A program made the position numbers and the translations under genes. The notes beneath the pieces were generated by a model, which was not told the DNA's origin, ran no database searches, and worked only from the letters and a program-made list of their open reading frames with translations. A stretch of DNA of 38,447 bases. It comes from Anaerolineae bacterium. GTDB taxonomy: Bacteria; Chloroflexota; Anaerolineae; Epilineales; JAANWY01. Below, in pieces: positions 31,956-38,447 of this stretch (positions within the stretch are counted from its first letter, which is position 1; every line of letters begins with the position of its first letter). The DNA lies in the NCBI GenBank assembly GCA_046753605.1, contig JBHHTZ010000002.1, forward strand, positions 1 to 38,447, in the 5' to 3' direction.

Positions 31956-34900
31956 CTACGGCTGGCCGGGACATTGGACGGGTTCCTCTGGTTTGAATCG
32001 GTTGAAGAGTGGGAAAGCCTCAAAGGCCTTGGACTCGTCGCCGGGCAGGTCCGGCTGGGACTGACTCCGGCCCACGCGCTCCACGGCCACGGCGCCCAGC
32101 GCGGCACCGCCCTTCTGATTGTTGAAGTTGGCTGAGATCACCACAGAACCCAGGAAGCCTGGCCGGATGACGCCCCATTCGTTCAGATCGATGTACTCGA
32201 CCTGCTTCTCATTCAGTTTCTCGCACACGTAATCTAGTATCCCGTTCTGATCGTAGACGAAGATCACAAAGTCGGTGAAGCCAGGATTCGGGTTCAAGTT
32301 CTGGATTGCCAGCTCCGTCGTTACACCGAACGCGCCCTTTGCCACCAGCGGCACGGACAGCACGTCGCTGCCGCTGAAGCCGGTGGTCTGGCCCGGCCCC
32401 ACCTGCCAGTCAAAGGAGCCCATCTCTTGCAAGGCGTTGTACACCACCGCCTCCTGACGGGCGGCCTTGGCCGGGTCGGTGTACTTCTCCAGCAGCACCA
32501 CCGACAGGATGCGTGGCGATGATATCGCCGGGTCGCCCGGTGAGAGCCAGTCCTGGGACTCGATCCGAGCGGAACCGATCCAGTTACCGGGCAAGCCGGC
32601 TATGACCGGTAGGAAGAAAGTCTGCGAGCCACGTGGGCAGATCCAATCGACGACGGTCTTGATAACGTCGCCGCTATTATCCAGGAAGTACACCTTGACC
32701 TTGGCGTTGTGGGTCGAGCTCAAGTTCTGGACCTGGATGCTCGATTCCCACCCCTGGTGTTCGCGGTAGATGAGCGGCGCGTAGTTCACCTGGGTGCCCA
32801 GAGTGAAATCACGATCCCCGAAGCCTTCGAAGATGTCGGCCGGCACGCCGTGGTAGGCGCCGAAGTGATTGGCGCCCAGGGTATCTACGACGACGCCCAT
32901 GGGCTGGGAGGCGCGCAGCCAGATCGACCCCTGCCAGTTGGGCCCTACGACCTCGTTCGGGTCGAATGGATAGGACTCGCCAGGGGCAATGGACAGGATG
33001 TTCCACACCACCGGTCGGATGCAGTCCCCTTGCCGCTGGAACCACAGCTCGACGGAGGTGCACTCGACACCCGAGTTCTGGACGTGGATGATGCTGTTCA
33101 TGCCAAAGTAGTCGGCCCACACCAACGGTGCGTAGTATGCGTACTGGCCGGCCCTCGGGTCGCGGATACCTTCTCGGTCGGTAGAGATGCCGACGTAGGC
33201 CGCGCTGCTCTCCAGGTTGGGATCGACGGGATCGGGGCAGGTGCGGTTGACGGTCACCGCCAGCGGCTCACCCTGGTGGGCGCCGAAGTCCATCATCGTC
33301 TGCTGACCTTGGTTCCCAATCGGTCCGAGATAGATGCCGCGCGTGCGGTACGCCTCGTCGAACTGAGCCCACTGGTCGTAATCCTGCCTGATAGCGGTGA
33401 ACAACTCCGTACAGGCGACGTCGGCGAAGGTCTGCAGGTTGCCCTGTCTATTGACAATCTTGTCGGTGGCATTCATGGAGTACATGATCCCCGACCTCGC
33501 ACCCGGCGGCAGCAGCCGATTGGAGAAAGACCACGCGCTGCCGGGACGCAGGAGGCCGGTACACTCGACCTTCAATGGACCATACGCTTGCGGCGGACAC
33601 GCACCCGGCTCACCCCACAGCACCAGCAGCGCCTTCGTATCCACGTTGCCGACGTTTTGGACCTGAATCCAGGTGTCGCATTCGTCGGTGTTCAGGGCCG
33701 GCAGTTGCAGCCGCCAGTCCACCCCCTTGCACGGCGTCTCGACCACCGCCATGTCCGTCGCCAGGGCGACCGGCACGCTAAAGAAGGGCGTTCGCCCCCG
33801 GTTCACGGCTTGCGCTGTGACGACGGCCGTGTCTGGACGATCGTTGCAGTCCACCATGATGTCGCTACTCACCGTCGTGCTGACAATGAAGCTGGTGCCT
33901 GGCGGGAACGGCAGGTTGGGATCAACATCCGGGTTGGCGTGGAATGTCTCCTCGAAGATGACGACCGGTCCCGAACGCGTGACGACCGTGTCGGTCACGA
34001 TGATGGTATCCAGGTAGGTCGCGCCGGTGTTGGTCAGCTCGTAGCAGTAGGTCACCGGTTGTCCCAGGAACCCGATGGCCACGTTGTTTGTCCCGGGGCA
34101 CGTCCCATCCAGCGAAACCGTCTTGTCGACCTGGATCTCCGGACAGACGATGCTCGTGTCCTCGTCGTCTGTGTTGTTGGTCAGGTCTGGGTCTTCCGTT
34201 GGCGTGGGCGCGAAGGCTGCGCCGGCAAGTGGAGGCCACACGGCGTCGTTGCGGCGGGTCTCTACGGACGCCGTGTTTGTGATCGTCCCCCCACATTCGG
34301 CATCCTGGGTCACGATCACGCCGATCTGAATCGTTACGGCATCGCCGCCGGCGTTGATCCGCCCGAACTGCTTGACCATGTTATTGTCTTCGTCATCGCC
34401 GGCAAGCACGGTGATCCGACCGTCGTCGCGGATTTCCTCCGTGATGCCGCGCGTGCCGGAGATGACGACCGTGACCAGGGCCGGGTCCAGGGCGATACCG
34501 TCCTGCGGAAGCAGGTCTACCAACGTGACCTCCGCCGCATCCGAAGGACCGTGGTTAGCAATGGTGATGGTGTAGGTGATGGTGCCGCCTGGCGAGACCG
34601 GATCGCCAACCTGGAAGCCGGCGCCATCGGCTTTGGTAATCTCAAGGTCCGCTTCCGCGTTCACCCGCGTACACTCGTCGTCGCGGTCCGCAGCGCTGCC
34701 TACAGGCTGCCCTTGATCCAGCAGGTCGGCGGTGATGTCGGCCCGGTTATGAGCGAAGTGGGGGTAGCCGGTGGCCTGGAAGAGTGGGTCACAGACCGAA
34801 TCTGGATCGGTTATCGTGGTGTCGCCTCGACCATTCAAGACATAACCGGATTCCACATCGGCGATCAAACGGAACGTGAAGCTGTCGCCCACGTTGATGA

Positions 34901-37900
34901 TGCCGGTGTTCGTGTAAACCACGGTGTTGCCTTCGAGGATCTCGTCCACGCGCACGATCTGCTGGGTGATGTTCCCGTCGCCGGCGATCACCGAGCAGGT
35001 GACCCGGTCATTCGGATCGAGGGACTCACAGCGATCGAAGATCACACCCAGCGGGAGTGTGTCCGTCACAACCGAGTTCGCAGCCTGGGACGGCCCGTTG
35101 TTTCCGAAACTGATGGTGTATTGCAGCTCGGTGCCGGCAATCACCGGATCGGGGAAGTCGGATTTCACAACGAATAGTTGCTGTGCGCGATTCACACCCG
35201 TTTGCTCGTTGAAGGTGTTGTCGCCCGTGTTCGGGTCCAGTGTGTCGCTGCTCACCGAGACCTGGTTGTCCAGTGTCGCCGGCGCCGCCGGGTTGACGCG
35301 CACCAGGATGGTGAACGTCTTGACATCGCCGAATGGCATATCTCCCAGAGCGCAGGTGAGCGTGTGCTCATCGATGGGGTTCAGACTACAGCTCACACCC
35401 GTCGCAAAGGGATCGCGGATGCGCTCGAACGTCACTTCCTGTGGCAGGACGTCCACCACGACCACGTCGATGGCGTCGGAGGGGCCGGTGTTGGTGACGG
35501 TCACGGTGTACTCCAGCAGCTCGCCGGCCACCACCGGGTCCGGGTTGTCGGTCTTGGTCACCACGAGGTCCGCCCAGGCATCCACCGTGGTCAGGTTCGT
35601 CGCGCGGTCGTTGGCGTTGTTGTCATCGAAGAGGTCAGAGAAGACCAGGGCGTCGTTCTCCAGAATAGTTCCCCCGGGCAGGCTCGGGTCCACACGGAGC
35701 GTGACCTGAACCGTGGTGGAGGCCAGCGGCGCCATCGTTCCCAGACCGCAGGTCAGCTTGTCCAGCGGCTCGCCCGGTGTGCCGGTATCGCAGTCCCCTG
35801 AGCCGGCGTCGAAGCCGGTCACCACGACACCAGGCGGCAACCGGTCCTGGATGACCACATTCTCGGCTGTGGACGGCCCGTTGTTGGTGACGGTCAGCGT
35901 GTAGACCAGGGTGCGGCCGGCTGTGACCCGGTCCGGCACCAGGCTGACGACCCCGCCCGGCTGGCCGTCCACCTGCACCTCACCGACAGCGCTCTTGTCG
36001 ATCTCCATGTCCGCCACGTCGATGATGTCGTGCAACACGAAAGCGTCGTTGTTGTCCAGGTTGGGGTCTGGCTGCTCGCTGAGAACCGACGCAACGTTGT
36101 TGAAGTTCTGGGCGTGATCCAGACCACGCACCCGTACGGTCAGCAGCCAGCGACCGGAGTTTGGCGGCCCATCGGCCGCCAGGACTTCCAACCCCCCGGT
36201 GAGGGTACAGTCCAGCTCCAGACGCTCGCTGATATTTTGCACGCCGGTCTGTGGGTCCACCCCGGGTGGAGGCGGCGCTGCACCCGGCGGCCACGCAGTT
36301 GCCGTCACGGTCACGCCGGGCGTGGGTCCCGGTATGCCTGCACAGAACGTCTCGCGGTCGCTGGAGATATCGACCAGGTCGAAGGTTGCCGCCGTCTGCA
36401 AGACATCCTTAATCGCGACACCTTCGGCGGCGCTGGGACCCAGGTTGTCAACGACAACGGTGTAGGTCAGAATCTCATTCGCCCGCACCTCGCCATCCGG
36501 CTTGCCGAACTTGCGGATGTGCAGGTCGGCTTCGCCCTCCACGAAGTTCCTGAAGCTCCCCACGTTGTTCCCCGGCACGGGATCGCCCAGGGTGGTCGTG
36601 CTGGTGACGATGGAGACGTTGGTGATGACGGTGCCGGCCGGCGTGGCCGGGTCCACCAGCGCCCAGATGTCGAAGTGGTGGCTGGCGCCGGCGGCGAGTG
36701 TGCCGATCTCGCAGCGCAGCGGCGTGTTCGGCTCCTGGGTCATCGTAGTCACCGCTTCCTCCACCTGGCCCTGGATTTCGCCCGACGGGAAGTCGGAAGT
36801 CTGGACGATGACCTGGAAGCTGGTGGGGTTGGCGAGAAGCGCCGCCACCAGGGTTGGACTGATGATGCTGCCCACCAGCGCGTTGGGTGGGTCGAAAACG
36901 GGTGGAGGCCCACTGTACAGTTGTGCCGTCAACGTGCCATTGGTGAGGATCGTACCCGTGATGTTGTCGATGTCCGTGACTTCCACGGCGAATTGCACCT
37001 TGTTCGTGTCGGTGATGAGCACGAAGGTGGCCAGGCCCGCTGCCACTGTCGGGTTGCCCAGCGTGTCCGACAGCGGTGCTCTCAGGCCAACCAGCGTCTC
37101 CGGCCGGGTGCACATGGGGCTATTGGTGTCGATTTCGTAGTCCACTTCGTCCGGCAGGAGGTCGAAGACGGTCACGTCCTGCGCGTCGGACGGGCCGTTG
37201 TTCTCGACCCAGAGGGTGTATTTCACCTGCTCGCCGGCCGGCACCTTCACCGGCTCGCCGACTTTGCTGATCTCCACATCGGCCTGGGTCTCCACCTGGG
37301 TCGTCTCCTGGACCTGGTTTGGCGTCGGGTCCCCTACCTCCGGAACGTTGGGGTCCGGGGTGAGGCTGGACACGGTTGCCGTGTTGGTGATCGTGCCCGC
37401 CGGCGCGCTGGCGCTAACCAGGCTGGTGATCACCAGCGTGATGGTCTTCCCCGGCAGGATGTTGCCAAAGCCGCAGTCGATGATGTTGGCCGGCGTAGTG
37501 CGGAAGGAGCACGTGGCGGCCGGCTCATTCACCACGTTGACTTGCAGACTGGTCAGCGCCGAGGGCAGCTCGTCCAGCAGTGTCACATCCTCGGCCGTGG
37601 ACGGGCCGGCGTTGGAAATCGTGAGGGTGTATTCCAATTGCTGGCCGGCGATTACAAAATCGGGTCGATCGATTTTCTGCACCCCCAGGTCGGCCTGGGC
37701 GAGTACCCTAACCAATGCATCGAACACGATATTGTCGTCCGTATCGGGGTCGAACGTATCGCTGGTGAGGTGGGCGTCGTTGGGCAGGAAATCTGCGAAC
37801 CCCGTGTTCGGCTGGGTTGCCACGTAGCTCGGATCAATGTCAGCCGTGATCGTGATGATGGCAGTATCGCCCGGCGCCAAGTTGCCGACCTGGCAGATCA

Positions 37901-38447
37901 GGGGCTCATTCGGATCGCCCGGCGTGCCGACGTTGCATTGCCCCCCACCCACCGGAGGCGTCACCGCGACTGCAGTTACCGATTCCTGAACCAGGCCTTT
38001 TGGCAAGGTGTCCACGACGGCGACGTTCTCGGCCGTGCTTGGGCCGCCGTTCGTCACCGTGATCACCCACGTCACGCTCTCGCCGGCCAGCACTGTGAGG
38101 GAGTTGCCGTCCGGGTTCGAGCCGGCGTCCTGGCCAATCTTCGTCATGCCCAGGTCCGCCGTGGCGGTTACGCTGATGAAGTCGGTGGCGCGGTTGTTGG
38201 AGGTGTCCGGGTCGGGCGTGGCGGTCTGCGGGCCGGCGGCTCCATCCGGGTCCAGGCTGAACACGTTGACCTCGTTGTTCACGTCCTGGGCCTGGTTGGC
38301 GCGCACCGTCATCTGGATGGTCCAGCGCCCGTTCCCCGGGGGGTCGCCCTGGGGTTCCAGAGACTGGTTCAGGCTACACGTGACGAGGGTCCCGCCGGAT
38401 ATGGCGGAGGTGGTGCAAGAGTCTGTGCGGTTGGGATCATCATCAAC
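31956..38447 (-). CDS. G3: giant DUF11-repeat surface protein, 5'-truncated by the window edge (over 2160 aa visible), same head as G1/G2 on a different stalk
   Basis: The track ORF starts at an internal ATG 38312, but I translated 38313-38447 in the same frame and found no stop. At least 9 DUF11-type openings: TADLGMTK, QADLGVQK, QADVEISK, EADLHIRK, VADMEIDK, WADLVVTK, QQLFVVKS, EADLEITK, PEIQVDKT. Head at 31959-33737. Stop TAG at 31956-31958. Confidence 0.9.
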   Translation of the reverse strand, partial: VDDDPNRTDSCTTSAISGGTLVTCSLNQSLEPQGDPPGNGRWTIQMTVRANQAQDVNNEVNVFSLDPDGAAGPQTATPDPDTSNNRATDFISVTATADLGMTKIGQDAGSNPDGNSLTVLAGESVTWVITVTNGGPSTAENVAVVDTLPKGLVQESVTAVAVTPPVGGGQCNVGTPGDPNEPLICQVGNLAPGDTAIITITADIDPSYVATQPNTGFADFLPNDAHLTSDTFDPDTDDNIVFDALVRVLAQADLGVQKIDRPDFVIAGQQLEYTLTISNAGPSTAEDVTLLDELPSALTSLQVNVVNEPAATCSFRTTPANIIDCGFGNILPGKTITLVITSLVSASAPAGTITNTATVSSLTPDPNVPEVGDPTPNQVQETTQVETQADVEISKVGEPVKVPAGEQVKYTLWVENNGPSDAQDVTVFDLLPDEVDYEIDTNSPMCTRPETLVGLRAPLSDTLGNPTVAAGLATFVLITDTNKVQFAVEVTDIDNITGTILTNGTLTAQLYSGPPPVFDPPNALVGSIISPTLVAALLANPTSFQVIVQTSDFPSGEIQGQVEEAVTTMTQEPNTPLRCEIGTLAAGASHHFDIWALVDPATPAGTVITNVSIVTSTTTLGDPVPGNNVGSFRNFVEGEADLHIRKFGKPDGEVRANEILTYTVVVDNLGPSAAEGVAIKDVLQTAATFDLVDISSDRETFCAGIPGPTPGVTVTATAWPPGAAPPPPGVDPQTGVQNISERLELDCTLTGGLEVLAADGPPNSGRWLLTVRVRGLDHAQNFNNVASVLSEQPDPNLDNNDAFVLHDIIDVADMEIDKSAVGEVQVDGQPGGVVSLVPDRVTAGRTLVYTLTVTNNGPSTAENVVIQDRLPPGVVVTGFDAGSGDCDTGTPGEPLDKLTCGLGTMAPLASTTVQVTLRVDPSLPGGTILENDALVFSDLFDDNNANDRATNLTTVDAWADLVVTKTDNPDPVVAGELLEYTVTVTNTGPSDAIDVVVVDVLPQEVTFERIRDPFATGVSCSLNPIDEHTLTCALGDMPFGDVKTFTILVRVNPAAPATLDNQVSVSSDTLDPNTGDNTFNEQTGVNRAQQLFVVKSDFPDPVIAGTELQYTISFGNNGPSQAANSVVTDTLPLGVIFDRCESLDPNDRVTCSVIAGDGNITQQIVRVDEILEGNTVVYTNTGIINVGDSFTFRLIADVESGYVLNGRGDTTITDPDSVCDPLFQATGYPHFAHNRADITADLLDQGQPVGSAADRDDECTRVNAEADLEITKADGAGFQVGDPVSPGGTITYTITIANHGPSDAAEVTLVDLLPQDGIALDPALVTVVISGTRGITEEIRDDGRITVLAGDDEDNNMVKQFGRINAGGDAVTIQIGVIVTQDAECGGTITNTASVETRRNDAVWPPLAGAAFAPTPTEDPDLTNNTDDEDTSIVCPEIQVDKTVSLDGTCPGTNNVAIGFLGQPVTYCYELTNTGATYLDTIIVTDTVVTRSGPVVIFEETFHANPDVDPNLPFPPGTSFIVSTTVSSDIMVDCNDRPDTAVVTAQAVNRGRTPFFSVPVALATDMAVVETPCKGVDWRLQLPALNTDECDTWIQVQNVGNVDTKALLVLWGEPGACPPQAYGPLKVECTGLLRPGSAWSFSNRLLPPGARSGIMYSMNATDKIVNRQGNLQTFADVACTELFTAIRQDYDQWAQFDEAYRTRGIYLGPIGNQGQQTMMDFGAHQGEPLAVTVNRTCPDPVDPNLESSAAYVGISTDREGIRDPRAGQYAYYAPLVWADYFGMNSIIHVQNSGVECTSVELWFQRQGDCIRPVVWNILSIAPGESYPFDPNEVVGPNWQGSIWLRASQPMGVVVDTLGANHFGAYHGVPADIFEGFGDRDFTLGTQVNYAPLIYREHQGWESSIQVQNLSSTHNAKVKVYFLDNSGDVIKTVVDWICPRGSQTFFLPVIAGLPGNWIGSARIESQDWLSPGDPAISSPRILSVVLLEKYTDPAKAARQEAVVYNALQEMGSFDWQVGPGQTTGFSGSDVLSVPLVAKGAFGVTTELAIQNLNPNPGFTDFVIFVYDQNGILDYVCEKLNEKQVEYIDLNEWGVIRPGFLGSVVISANFNNQKGGAALGAVAVERVGRSQSQPDLPGDESKAFEAFPLFNRFKPEEPVQCPGQP
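31959..33737 (-). other. G3 C-terminal head (593 aa), roughly four-fifths identical in protein to the G1/G2 head by eye
   Basis: TPCKGVDWRLQLPALNTDECDTWIQVQNVG...AFEAFPLF...CPGQP is collinear with the G1 head. All four IxVQN modules and the Cys positions are retained. Confidence 0.8.
36762..37085 (-). other. degenerate CHRD-like domain nested inside a DUF11 repeat of G3
   Basis: LRAPLSDTLGNPTVAAGLATFVLITDTNKVQFAVEVTDIDNITGTILTNGT...LVAALLANPTSFQVIVQTSDFPSGEIQGQV. This follows the CHRD pattern G.A.F.L...L.Y.L.V...(AHIH)...AL...YVNVHT..fP.GEIRGQ, but the AHIH motif is lost. Confidence 0.5.

Noticed and set aside
32709-35177. 822-aa plus-strand ORF, the longest non-annotated ORF in the window
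   Set aside because: It is antisense to G3, whose frame carries clear DUF11 and head motifs. It has the same shadow-ORF composition, and the start has no SD.

Overview
High-GC bacterial DNA. The repeat families and domain repertoire suggest a Chloroflexota-type genome, but that is inference only. All domain names come from motif recognition by eye; no HMM or BLAST search was run. I see no housekeeping, enzyme-pathway, transporter, regulator, RNA, CRISPR or transposase genes. Apart from one truncated ORF at the left edge, the window holds 12 genes for secreted or membrane-anchored repeat proteins. Naming used here: G = giant DUF11-repeat protein with a conserved Cys-rich C-terminal head. P = Reg_prop-type beta-propeller protein with PT linker and a terminal 4-Cys domain. 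H = CSLREA / parallel beta-helix / choice-of-anchor-Q / dockerin-like protein. N = membrane-anchored NHL-propeller protein. S = small secreted protein on the opposite strand. Gene order, read right to left on the minus strand: G3-P3, then S2 (plus strand, convergent), N2-H2-G2-P2, then S1 (plus strand, convergent), N1-H1-G1-P1, then the left-edge ORF (convergent). The dominant structure is a 12,923-bp direct repeat, 5208-18130 = 18390-31312, period 13,182 bp. It appears substitution-free, and both ends lie inside paralogous P genes, so P2 is a P3/P1 mosaic. The best candidate for something undescribed is the G-P gene pair, which occurs three times. The G head (about 600 aa) is built from four modules I cannot assign to a named family. 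It sits on interchangeable DUF11 stalks and is always followed by a propeller protein ending in a small 4-Cys domain. Other observations: REP-like elements inserted in frame in P genes; a 33-nt perfect palindrome at the G-to-P junction; a REP-type hairpin plus promoter between G3 and P3; a degenerate CHRD-like domain nested in a DUF11 repeat; a dockerin-like tail on H; and convergent genes with abutting stop codons.
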